From positions 1 to 24,190 of IMG/VR virus record IMGVR_UViG_3300045932_000138: 24,190 nt of DNA, one strand, 5' to 3'. A program made the position numbers and the translations under genes. The notes below the pieces were generated by a model that was given only the letters and a program-made list of their open reading frames with translations, was not told the origin of the DNA and did no database searches. Position 1 is the stretch's first letter, and every line of letters begins with the position of its first letter. Shown in pieces: positions 16,097-24,190 of the stretch. The DNA is from a virus. Taxonomy: Duplodnaviria; Caudoviricetes.

Positions 16097-16252
16097 ATGG
16101 GCGGCAGCGAGTCCTGCGCGCTGCTCGTCGGGCTCGCTGTCGCCCTCGCGGGCGTCGGCGGCTATCTCGTGCGCCGGCTCACGGACGCGCACGACCACGG
16201 GCCGCACGATCCCCCGCCCGCGCCCCCGTCCACTTCACACCCACCCTCGTAA
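16097..16252 (+). CDS. Small single-TM protein, 51 aa
   Basis: Manual translation MGGSESCALLVGLAVALAGVGGYLVRRL...PPS*; fills the gap after the capsid gene. Confidence 0.5.
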   Translation: MGGSESCALLVGLAVALAGVGGYLVRRLTDAHDHGPHDPPPAPPSTSHPPS

Positions 16253-16269
16253 GGAGGGAGGAGGAGCCT

Positions 16270-16665
16270 ATGGCGAGCATTCCGGTGATGATCAACGGCG
16301 TGATCTGGGACCACGCGATGAAAGCGGGGCGCGCGGCCACGTTTCTGGGCGAGATGAGCTACACCGACCTGTCGGTGGGCGGCGGGCCGATCTTCCCGCC
16401 CCCGGGTGGTGGCCCCCCGGGCGCACCGATTCACCCGATCTGGGGGCCGCCGGGCATCGACTTCCCCGACCGGCCAGGCTACCCGCCGGTGGCGGGGCAT
16501 CCGCTGCCGCCGATCCCGCCCGATCCGCCCAGCAACCCCGGCGAGCCGAAGCCGCCCCCGCCGGGCGGTGGGTGGGGCTGGCATCCGGAGTACGGATGGG
16601 GATATTTCCCGATGGGCGGCGGCAAGCCGCAGCCGCCGGGAGCGGCCGGAGCGGCCAAGAAGTAA
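16270..16665 (+). CDS. Pro/Gly-rich protein, 131 aa
   Basis: Very strong SD run AAGGAGGGAGGAGGAG; PIHPIWGPPG..., GWGWHPEYGWGYFP. Confidence 0.8.
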   Translation: MASIPVMINGVIWDHAMKAGRAATFLGEMSYTDLSVGGGPIFPPPGGGPPGAPIHPIWGPPGIDFPDRPGYPPVAGHPLPPIPPDPPSNPGEPKPPPPGGGWGWHPEYGWGYFPMGGGKPQPPGAAGAAKK

Positions 16666-16671
16666 CCGTCG

Positions 16672-17433
16672 ATGACGATCGCGCTGGACGCGCTTCTTGC
16701 GGCGAACGCCCTCGTGAGCCTCGAGGAGGTCAAGGCGCATCTGGGCGTGGCGCGCCCCACCACGCCGTCGGACCTCGCCGAGGAGGACCAGCGGCTGGTG
16801 GACGCGATCAACTGGGTGTCGCAGTTCGTCGAGAGCTACGCGCGCCCGATGGCGCGCAAGACCGAGACGGTCCGGCTGTCGCTGCCGCGCGGGCCGCATC
16901 TCCTGCGCCTGCTCCGGGTGCCGATCGACGTGTCGGCGCCGGTGGCCTGTACGCTCGCCGATGCCGTGCAGACGGTGTGGACGCAGGAGAGCGACGGCCC
17001 GCGCGGAACCTTCGATGTCCTCGTGCACGCCTCCGTCCCCGGCTCCCCCTGGTGCCCGGATGCCCTCTGGCGCCCGGGGGGCTGGGACGGCGGCGGGGGC
17101 ACGTGGGGCGGCAGCGGGGCCTGGCTGCGCTGTGCCTGCGGGTGTGGCGGGGGGGGATACGGGGGCCACGCCAGCGGCGATCCCCAGCCCATCCTCGTCA
17201 CGTACACGGGGGGATTTGACTGCGTCCCGGAGGACGGACCGAACCAGCTGCCGGGCGACGTGCGCGTGGCCGTCCTCGAGACGGTCAAGGCGTGGCACCG
17301 GAACCAGCAGCAGGGCACGGCCGAGATCGTGTCCATCGCGCAGCCCGGCGGCGGGCCCACCTTTGAAATCCCGCGCTGGGTGCCCTACGGGGCGCTCCAG
17401 ACCTTCAGCGGCAAGCGCCCGCAGTTCGTGTGA
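16672..17433 (+). CDS. Head-tail connector (HK97 gp6-like adaptor) with insertion
   Basis: LVSLEEVKAHLGV...LVDAIN.VSQFVESY, VTYTGGF...LPGDVRVAVL. Confidence 0.8.
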   Translation: MTIALDALLAANALVSLEEVKAHLGVARPTTPSDLAEEDQRLVDAINWVSQFVESYARPMARKTETVRLSLPRGPHLLRLLRVPIDVSAPVACTLADAVQTVWTQESDGPRGTFDVLVHASVPGSPWCPDALWRPGGWDGGGGTWGGSGAWLRCACGCGGGGYGGHASGDPQPILVTYTGGFDCVPEDGPNQLPGDVRVAVLETVKAWHRNQQQGTAEIVSIAQPGGGPTFEIPRWVPYGALQTFSGKRPQFV

Positions 17434-17440
17434 CCGCCCC

Positions 17441-17977
17441 ATGGCCGACGACGCCCCCATCCAGATTCTCGTGACGCCGGACCCGGCGCTCATGCGGCCC
17501 GCGCCGCTCGACCCGTACCTCAAGACGGCCATGGAGGCCGCCGTGGCGCGGGTGCGCGCCGCCGGGGAGGCCAACGTGTCGGGCGGCATCGTGACGCCCA
17601 CGGGCCGCCCCCGGAAGAAGAACGCGCCCGGCTACGGGCCGCTGGCCGGCTCGCTGGCCACCGTCGTCGTCGCGTCGCCCGGGAAGGGCACGGTCGGCTA
17701 CGTGCGGACGGAGACCTACTACGGGCGGTTCCTCGAGTTCGGCACCGCCCGGCACCGGATCGCGGTGCGCCGTCGGGCGCGAGGCCCGCGCGCCCTCGCG
17801 CTGGGGCCGCCGGGCGGCCCGCGCGTCTTCCGCCACGTCGTCGACCATCCGGGCCTCCGACCGCGCTTCTGGATGCGGCGCGCCGCCGTGGACAGCGAGC
17901 CCGCCATCCTCCAGCGCTTCGAGCAGGAGACGCGCCGCTGGGCCGGGGCCGTGTTCGGCGGCGGGACCCCGGCCTGA
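17441..17977 (+). CDS. HK97 gp10-like tail completion protein, 178 aa
   Basis: YYGRFLEFGT...VDHPG.RPRFWMRRA. Confidence 0.85.
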   Translation: MADDAPIQILVTPDPALMRPAPLDPYLKTAMEAAVARVRAAGEANVSGGIVTPTGRPRKKNAPGYGPLAGSLATVVVASPGKGTVGYVRTETYYGRFLEFGTARHRIAVRRRARGPRALALGPPGGPRVFRHVVDHPGLRPRFWMRRAAVDSEPAILQRFEQETRRWAGAVFGGGTPA

Positions 17978-18468
17978 TGGCCGAGGCGCCGCGGGAGCAG
18001 GCGCTCGCCGAGGTGGTGACGCTGCTGCGCACCATGACGGGCCCCCGGTTCTGGGCCGAGCCCACGATGACGCCGGCCGAGCAGACCTACCCGAACCCGA
18101 TCACGGTGGAGCGGCGCTTCGTGGTGCCGGCGCAGCGCGCGGAGTTCCCGCGTCTCTGCGTGATCGACGCCTCCGGGTCGCGCCGCGAGTTCGGGTCCAC
18201 CGGCGGCGTCGGGCGCTACGTCGATCACTTCGGGATCATGGTGTACGGCTACGTGATCGGCAGCGACGGCGCGACGCGCTCGCTCTGGCTCGAGCGCCTG
18301 CGCTATGACGTGTTTCTCACCCTCGCGCGGGCGCCGATGCCGCGCGGCTCTATCCGCAATTTCGACTTTTCCCGGCCCGAGGAGACGGACCAGGGGGCCG
18401 ACGAGCCCGTGGGCGTCTTCGCGATGGCCATCGAGGCGGTGCTGGACGACGAGGTGCTGGCGGCCTGA
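17977..18468 (+). CDS. Probable tail terminator protein
   Basis: Position between gp10-like and tube genes, size, and EFPRLCVID pattern; TGATG coupling. Confidence 0.65.
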   Translation: MAEAPREQALAEVVTLLRTMTGPRFWAEPTMTPAEQTYPNPITVERRFVVPAQRAEFPRLCVIDASGSRREFGSTGGVGRYVDHFGIMVYGYVIGSDGATRSLWLERLRYDVFLTLARAPMPRGSIRNFDFSRPEETDQGADEPVGVFAMAIEAVLDDEVLAA

Positions 18469-18495
18469 GCGCCGCGACGGAGGAGGAGCGTTTCC

Positions 18496-19494
18496 ATGGC
18501 GCAGATCATCACGCCGCGCAAGGCCAAGCAGCAGATCGTCATGAAGGTCGAGGCGACCTATGGCGTCGATGCCATCGCCGATACCTACGTCCTGACCGAC
18601 GTGATCCAGGCGGTGTCGGACTCGATCCGCTTCTCGCCGCAGATCGAGGAGATTCCGAACCTCGCGACGGCGGGCGCGCTGGGACGCCTCCGCTCGGCCA
18701 TCGGGACGCGGACGGGCACGGTGACCTTCGACATGTTCATTCGCGGCAAGGCCGGCGGCACCGCATGGACGGGCAGCGAGCGGCCCGAGGCCGATCTCCC
18801 GCTGCGCGCCTGCGGCCTCGGCGTGACCCTGGTGGCCGGCACCCTCGCGTACGTCCCGACCGACGTGCACGAGTCCGTCACGATCTACGTCGTGCAGGAG
18901 ATTCCCGGCGGCAACGCCGTCTCCGCGCAGCTCGTCGGGTGCTGCGGCTCGTGGCGCGCGACCGGGCGCGCCGGCGGGCCCATGCGCTATGCCTTCACGT
19001 TCCAGGGCACGCTTGAGGAGGAAAAGGACATCGCCTACGTGCAGCCGGCGATCAAGCCCGATCCCGCGCTGCCGACGCTCCGGTCCGCGAACTTCCACCT
19101 GGGCGAGTACGGGCCCTGCGTGGACACGCTGTCCTTCGACATGGGCAACGCCATGAGCCGCGTTCCCTGCGCCAACCACACCAGCGGCTCCTCGGGATTC
19201 ATGATCTCCGACCGCGAGCCCATGGTGGAGGCCGACCCGCAGATGGACCGCGAGGACGACTCGGGCATCTGGGACTCGATGGAGGACGCCGATCCGCTGC
19301 AAGAGGTCGGCTGGGTGCTCGGGCAGACGGTGGGCAACATGGTCGAGTTTCACGTGGCGGCGGACGACTCGCCCGGCGGGCAGATCATCGGCGCCGACTG
19401 GACGGATCGCGACGGCGTGGCCACGCGCGGATTGCGCATTCGCGCCACGCTGCGCGACGCGCCGAACACGGATTTCAAGCTCGTCTACAAGTAG
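18496..19494 (+). CDS. Major tail tube protein
   Basis: Strong SD GGAGGAGGAG; KVEATYGVD N-terminal motif, LRACG; lies before the chaperone and TMP. Confidence 0.8.
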   Translation: MAQIITPRKAKQQIVMKVEATYGVDAIADTYVLTDVIQAVSDSIRFSPQIEEIPNLATAGALGRLRSAIGTRTGTVTFDMFIRGKAGGTAWTGSERPEADLPLRACGLGVTLVAGTLAYVPTDVHESVTIYVVQEIPGGNAVSAQLVGCCGSWRATGRAGGPMRYAFTFQGTLEEEKDIAYVQPAIKPDPALPTLRSANFHLGEYGPCVDTLSFDMGNAMSRVPCANHTSGSSGFMISDREPMVEADPQMDREDDSGIWDSMEDADPLQEVGWVLGQTVGNMVEFHVAADDSPGGQIIGADWTDRDGVATRGLRIRATLRDAPNTDFKLVYK

Positions 19495-19506
19495 GAGGCG
19501 GCCGGC

Positions 19507-19902
19507 ATGGTCGATGCGAACGCGGCGCGCGACCGCAAGCTCTTCGCGCCGACCCCGGAGCTCATCACCGTCGTCATCGACGGCCAGCCGGTCGAGACGG
19601 CGCTCTTCAGCTTCATGGATCTTCCCGCGAAGGAGGCGGAAGCCGTCTACCATCTCGAGGGCGACGTGCCGCCGGCCGCCGACTTCGGGGCGTTCCTCGC
19701 CAACCGGCGCGAGGTGGTGCGGCGGCTCTGCCCGCAGCTCGCGCCAGAGCATGTCGAGGCGCTCGTGCCGCGGCAGCTCCTCGAGGTAATCGCCGCGTCC
19801 TACCCTCCTCGACCGGCCGAAGGCGCAGCGGGCGCGGCGAGCCCTTCACCTTCGGCGCCCTCTACCACGCCCTCGCCGAGCGGTTCGGCTGGCGCCCCGT
19901 AG
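19507..19902 (+). CDS. Tail assembly chaperone (gpG-like)
   Basis: SD AGGAGG; lies between tube and TMP. Confidence 0.8.
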   Translation: MVDANAARDRKLFAPTPELITVVIDGQPVETALFSFMDLPAKEAEAVYHLEGDVPPAADFGAFLANRREVVRRLCPQLAPEHVEALVPRQLLEVIAASYPPRPAEGAAGAASPSPSAPSTTPSPSGSAGAP

Positions 19903-20018
19903 ACGTGGAGGCCATGACCCTGCGGCAACTCCTCTTCCTGCTGGGCCCGCGTCCGCGCGTCCGCGCGCCCGTGGAGCGGGAGATCGACGGCGTCCCCGTC
20001 GAGGCCGATCTGCCGTAA
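19842..20018 (+). CDS. -1 frameshift extension of the tail chaperone (gpT-like part of G-T)
   Basis: The -1 frame reads PFTFGALYHALAERFGWRPVDVEAMTLRQLLFLL...* and ends immediately before the TMP ATG. Confidence 0.75.
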   Translation, partial: PFTFGALYHALAERFGWRPVDVEAMTLRQLLFLLGPRPRVRAPVEREIDGVPVEADLP

Positions 20019-21992
20019 ATGGCCACGACCGCCGCGATCGAAGTCGTCATCCGCGCCCGCGACGAGGCGACCGCGGCCGTCACGTCGGCGATGCAGAAGA
20101 TCACGGCCGAGGCCGAGCGCGCCGCGACCACCGTGGCGAATGTCGGGCGCGGCGGGGGGCGCGGCGCCGGCGGCGGGGGCAGCGCGCTCGGCATGATGAA
20201 CGACCTCGTGCGCGGGATGAAACGCGGGCAGGATGCCGGCGACCTCTTCCTCGACACGCTCAACTCGCTCGCGGACGCCGTGCCCCGCCAGTATGGCGCC
20301 GCCCTCAAGGTGGGCACGGGGCTCGTCACGGCCTACGCGAACGCCGCCGACAGCGCCGCCGAGCAGCAGCGCGAGCTCAGCGAGGCCTTCAACAGCTTCG
20401 ATCCCGCCCCGTTCCTCGGGCGGCTCGCCGAGGCCAACAAGGCGATGGACACGCTCGCTCAGCGCGGCCAGAGCCGCCTTGGCACCCTGCGCCAGATGGC
20501 CACGGAGGCGATCTCCGGACATCCGGAGGAGCGCCAGCGGCAGGCCGCCGCGCCCGTCATCCTCCGCGAGCAGATCCAGGCCGGCGCCAGCCTGCGGGAC
20601 GTGCTCAGCCAGCGCGAGGACGCCCGCATGGCGGCGGCGCTCGATCGGGCCCGCGAGCTGCGGCGTCTGGGCGACGCCTCCGGGGCCGCGCAGGCGCAGG
20701 CCGAAGCGGAGGCCTCCGCGGCGCGGCGGCTCCAGTACGCCGAGCAGCAGTTGAATTTCGAGCGCCGCATCGCCGAGCAGCAGGCCAACGCCGCGCGCCT
20801 GCCGTTCCTGCGCGGCCGGGAGTTCGAGGAGCGCGCCGGGATGCTCCGCGAGCAGGCCGAGCAGGGGCGCGAGCAGCGGGCGCAGGCCGCCGCCCAGCAA
20901 CAGCGCGAGATGGAAGAGGCCATCGCGCAGCGGCGGCTCAAATCGGAGCTCCGCACCATCGAGGCCGAGCAGCAGCTGGGCGTGGCCGCGGCGCAGGCGC
21001 AGGCCCGCCGCCAGGCCGCCGAGGCCGAGCGCCTCGGAACCGTCGAGCGGGCCACCGAGGCGCAACTCCAGGGCATCCTGCGCGTGCGGGACGCGGAGCT
21101 GCGCGCCATCAGCGAGACCGCCAATGCGCGGGCCCGCGCCGCCCGCGGCCCGACCCGCGAAGAAGACGTGCTCGCGATCCGCAAGCAGGAGGCGCTCGAG
21201 ACGACGCGCCTGAACCTCTCCACCGCGGAGCAGGTCCAGCAGGTCACCGAGCGGGCGCTCCAGCAGCGCCAGCAGCGGGAAGAGCAGTTCCGGGCGATTC
21301 AGCGGAGTCTCGGCCAGATCACGGCCGAACAGGAACTCGCCTACCAGCAGCAGATCATGGCCGGCGCGGAGAAGATGAGCCAGGCGTGGTTGACCGCCTA
21401 TCAGGCCATCGCGGATCTACAGCGCCAGATGCAGGCCGACGCCAATGCTGCCCTCGACGCCTTCCTGGCGCGGCTGAAGGATCTGCCCAAGGATCTGCCG
21501 GGTGGGGGCGGCCAACGGGCCCCGTTCTCCATCGGCGACGCGCGCGGCGGCATCCGTCCGTCCGACATCCTGCTCGGCCAGTTCGACGTGGACGAGCAAC
21601 TCCGGAAGGCCAAGACCGCCCGCGACGTGTTCGCGGCGGGCGGCAGCGTCACGCCCCAGGAGCTGGAGGCCATCCGGAACATTCCGCAACTGGAGCGGCA
21701 GGCCGCGCAATCGCCCGAAGCGCAACTCCGCGCGCTCCTCGGGGAGCGCCCCGCCGGACCGGCCACGGGCGGCGCCGGGATGGGACCGATCCAGATGGTC
21801 CGCAACGCGGCCGGCGAACTCACGATCGCGGACGATTTCTCGAAGGCCACCGACTCCGCGACGAAGCTCACCACGGCCGTGCAGGGACTCGCCGCCGCGC
21901 TGAAAGAGCTGCAGGTGGGAACGGACCTCGTCAGCAAGATTTCCGAGGGCCTCGCCGACGCCTTGACCTTCATGGGCGCACGCCACCCCTGA
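20019..21992 (+). CDS. Tape measure protein, 657 aa
   Basis: IEVVIRARDEAT N-terminus; long Ala/Gln/Glu/Arg helical body; synteny. Confidence 0.85.
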   Translation: MATTAAIEVVIRARDEATAAVTSAMQKITAEAERAATTVANVGRGGGRGAGGGGSALGMMNDLVRGMKRGQDAGDLFLDTLNSLADAVPRQYGAALKVGTGLVTAYANAADSAAEQQRELSEAFNSFDPAPFLGRLAEANKAMDTLAQRGQSRLGTLRQMATEAISGHPEERQRQAAAPVILREQIQAGASLRDVLSQREDARMAAALDRARELRRLGDASGAAQAQAEAEASAARRLQYAEQQLNFERRIAEQQANAARLPFLRGREFEERAGMLREQAEQGREQRAQAAAQQQREMEEAIAQRRLKSELRTIEAEQQLGVAAAQAQARRQAAEAERLGTVERATEAQLQGILRVRDAELRAISETANARARAARGPTREEDVLAIRKQEALETTRLNLSTAEQVQQVTERALQQRQQREEQFRAIQRSLGQITAEQELAYQQQIMAGAEKMSQAWLTAYQAIADLQRQMQADANAALDAFLARLKDLPKDLPGGGGQRAPFSIGDARGGIRPSDILLGQFDVDEQLRKAKTARDVFAAGGSVTPQELEAIRNIPQLERQAAQSPEAQLRALLGERPAGPATGGAGMGPIQMVRNAAGELTIADDFSKATDSATKLTTAVQGLAAALKELQVGTDLVSKISEGLADALTFMGARHP

Positions 21993-22426
21993 TGGCGAAC
22001 CCGCGCGGTTCTGTCTCGCTCGGCAGCGGCCCGCTCACGCTCGTCGTGGACGTCTCGAGCTATCAGCCCTTCGGCGAGCTCGCGCTCGGCGTCCGCGTCT
22101 TCGACGGCATCGAGGCGACGACGATCCAGGACTTCGGGTTCCGCGCCGACCGCCAGCAGGGGACGCTCTCATCCGGTGGGCGCGAGTCGCCCGGCCTCGT
22201 CGCGGCGGAGACGCTCGCGGCGCTGCTGGCCCTCGTGACTGCGTGGGGCGTCGGCCAGGCCTTCGCGGATAGCCTCGGCAACGCGGGCACCATCAAGCCG
22301 ATCCGGTTCAGCCATCAATTTGAGTACGCGGTGCCTGGCCCGCAGGTATCGCTGCACAGCTACACGCTCGCGTGGCGGTGGCTGACGCTGACGCAGCTGT
22401 TTGGCGCGCCCTATACCGGGCGCTGA
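21992..22426 (+). CDS. Probable distal tail (Dit-like) protein, 144 aa
   Basis: ATG in TGATG directly after TMP; beta-rich. Function assigned from position only. Confidence 0.6.
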   Translation: MANPRGSVSLGSGPLTLVVDVSSYQPFGELALGVRVFDGIEATTIQDFGFRADRQQGTLSSGGRESPGLVAAETLAALLALVTAWGVGQAFADSLGNAGTIKPIRFSHQFEYAVPGPQVSLHSYTLAWRWLTLTQLFGAPYTGR

Positions 22427-22471
22427 AGGAGGACGGAGACCATTAGTAGCTGGACACGAAGGAATGAACGC

Positions 22472-22948
22472 GTGAGATACCGCTCCCTCCGTTGCCCGGG
22501 GCATCCATTGGCACGGACGTCTGGCTATGTCTGCGAACACCGCCGCGTCCTCTACGACGCCATCGGCGCGGGGCCGCATGCGTGTCATTGGTGCGGGCGA
22601 ATGTTGAACTGGCGGGTCGGTCCCGTGATGGCGGGAGACATCTCAGTGGATCATCTCGATAATGACCCGTGCAACAGCGCCCTCGCGAATCTCGTCCCGT
22701 CGTGTCTCCGGTGCAACGTGCGGCGTGGGCATCCGCGCCTGATCCAGCAGGGCGAGCTTGTCATCCGGAGCAGCACGACGCACGCAAGAGTCACGCGAGC
22801 GGAATCTCGCGTCTGCGAGGTCTGCAGCATCACGTTTCTGCACATGACCGCCAAGCGCGACCCCCAGAAAGGCCGCTGCTGCTCGAACCATTGCAAGATG
22901 GTCAAGCGCTGGCGAGAAGGGACGGTGAAGCATCATGTCTTCCGCTAG
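22472..22948 (+). CDS. Free-standing HNH (homing-type) endonuclease
   Basis: HPLA...GYV.EHR.V, CHWCG, VDHLDND..N....NLVPSCLRCN, C-terminal CEVC...CSNHC. The start may instead be ATT 22442. Confidence 0.85.
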   Translation: MRYRSLRCPGHPLARTSGYVCEHRRVLYDAIGAGPHACHWCGRMLNWRVGPVMAGDISVDHLDNDPCNSALANLVPSCLRCNVRRGHPRLIQQGELVIRSSTTHARVTRAESRVCEVCSITFLHMTAKRDPQKGRCCSNHCKMVKRWREGTVKHHVFR

Positions 22949-23345
22949 TGACTACCTCGAGGCGCAACTGCGGACCCACATCTTCCGAACCGGCAGCTTC
23001 GCGAAGCCCGCCGCGCTGTACGTCTCGCTGCATACCGCCAACCCCACGGACGCGGCGACGGGCGCGGAGGTGAGCGGCGGCAGCTATGCGCGGCAATCCG
23101 TCGCGCCCGGCGATGCGAACTGGTCGGCGGCCAGCTCGACGGACGGCAAGACCACGAACGTCAGCGCGATCACCTATCCGGCGCCGACCGCCAACTGGGG
23201 CGTGGTCACGCATTTCGGCATCTGGGACGCGGCGTCGAGCGGCAACCTGCTGGTGTATGGCGCGCTGACCACGTCGCGCACGATCAACAGCGGGGACAGT
23301 GCGCCCGTCTTCGCCGCCGGGGCCCTCGAGGTCACCGTCGCCTGA
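22935..23345 (+). CDS. Minor tail / fibre-associated structural protein, 136 aa
   Basis: LYVSLHTANP...EVSGGSYARQSV...ANWG.VTHFGIWDAASSGNLL..GAL, a widespread phage tail-region pattern. Confidence 0.8.
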   Translation: MSSASDYLEAQLRTHIFRTGSFAKPAALYVSLHTANPTDAATGAEVSGGSYARQSVAPGDANWSAASSTDGKTTNVSAITYPAPTANWGVVTHFGIWDAASSGNLLVYGALTTSRTINSGDSAPVFAAGALEVTVA

Positions 23346-23956
23346 TGGCCGACCAAAAGATCACCGAGCTGACCGCCGTCAGCGCCGTCACCACGGATGA
23401 TCTCGTGGTGCTGGTGGACGATCCGGCCGGGACGCCGGTGACGAAACGGGCGACGGCGGCCCTGCTCCTCGATACCCGGGTGATCGACCGCTCGCGCCCG
23501 AACATCACCGTCACGAATACGGCGACGGAGACGGATGTCTACACGGTGACGATCCCGGCCAACACCCTTGGCACGACCGGGCGCGTGCGGCTCGAACTCC
23601 TCGGGGCCAAGCTCAAGAACGGCGGCGGCGCCGACGCCCACACCATGAAGGTCTATTACGGGGCGACGAACATCATCAGCGCGCTCGGCCTGTCCGCCGT
23701 GTCGGACGATAGCACCACCCTGAAGTCGGTGCGCCTCATCGTCGACCTGTCCGCGAACGGGGCGACGAACGCGCAAATCTGCCACGCCACCATCTACTCC
23801 CAGACGAACAACACGGGCGCCTCGGCCTTCGTCTCCCGGCGCGGGACGGCGACGGAAGACTCCACCGCGTCAAAGGTGCTGAAAGTCTCGTGGACGCAGG
23901 GGGCGACGGCGCTCCACGCCTATACGTCTGAGCAGGGCATCGTCTACCTCGTGTAG
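23345..23956 (+). CDS. Putative tail fibre/spike subunit, 203 aa
   Basis: N-terminal MADQKITELTAV....DDLVVLVD...TKRAT motif followed by a beta-rich domain. Confidence 0.7.
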   Translation: MADQKITELTAVSAVTTDDLVVLVDDPAGTPVTKRATAALLLDTRVIDRSRPNITVTNTATETDVYTVTIPANTLGTTGRVRLELLGAKLKNGGGADAHTMKVYYGATNIISALGLSAVSDDSTTLKSVRLIVDLSANGATNAQICHATIYSQTNNTGASAFVSRRGTATEDSTASKVLKVSWTQGATALHAYTSEQGIVYLV

Positions 23957-23962
23957 GGCGCC

Positions 23963-24190
23963 ATGGCGCGGCTACTGAAAGAGGACGGCGGCGGGCTCCT
24001 CCTCGAAACCGGCGGGGCCCTCTTGCTGGACGGCGTCGTCGAGCCCGCCGCCCTCGCCGGCAGTGTCACCCTCACGATCACGGCGAGCGGGGCGTTGCTG
24101 GAGCCGCCCGGCTCCCTCGGCCCCGCGTCCGCCGCCGTCGCCTTCACGGCCAGCGGCACGCTCGGCACGGCGCCGCAGCTCCTCGGGCAC
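23963..24190 (+). CDS. Tail-associated protein, 3'-partial
   Basis: Manual translation MARLLKEDGGGLLLETGGALLLDG..., open to the window end. Confidence 0.7.
   Translation, partial: MARLLKEDGGGLLLETGGALLLDGVVEPAALAGSVTLTITASGALLEPPGSLGPASAAVAFTASGTLGTAPQLLGH

Larger units (their letters stand above)
1..24190 (+). mobile_element. Tailed phage/prophage genome segment (HK97-like head, non-contractile tail): replication, packaging, head and tail modules
   Basis: Canonical order HNH-terS-terL-portal-protease-capsid-connector-tail-TMP, all on + strand with many ATGA/TGATG overlaps. No sheath gene. Boundaries lie outside the window. Confidence 0.97.

Noticed and set aside
15189-17219. 676-aa plus-strand ORF and similar off-frame ORFs (7665..9002, 11115..11981)
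   Set aside because: Off-frame overlaps of well-supported genes, caused by stop-codon scarcity at high GC.
4980-21065. Very long minus-strand ORFs (4980..7196, 7516..9498, 10378..12654, 14617..16098, 17719..19752, 19800..21065)
   Set aside because: Antisense shadows of high-GC3 plus-strand genes; Arg/Ala/Pro-rich with no motifs.

Overview
The whole window is one co-oriented (+ strand), tightly coupled, high-GC tailed-phage (or prophage) segment of HK97/siphovirus type. Left to right it holds: the 3' end of a C5 DNA methyltransferase; micro-ORFs; rusA; a replication-initiator-like gene containing a candidate origin (DnaA boxes, 10-bp phased repeats, GATC 8-mers); an antirepressor-like gene; several small Cys-rich or membrane ORFs; an HNH nuclease; terS and terL; a small HTH protein, a lipoprotein and a Zn-ribbon protein; and the portal. 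An unusual ~4.4-kb six-gene block (including an IPT/TIG-M14 zinc peptidase and a LamG-like protein) separates the portal from the ClpP-type prohead protease. Then come the major capsid, connector, tail completion and tube genes, a G/G-T frameshift chaperone, the tape measure, a second HNH nuclease inserted in the tail module, and the first tail-tip/fibre genes. No integrase, att site, clear endolysin, RNA gene or CRISPR array is visible, and the host cannot be determined. All calls come from reading motifs and synteny by eye; no database search was run.
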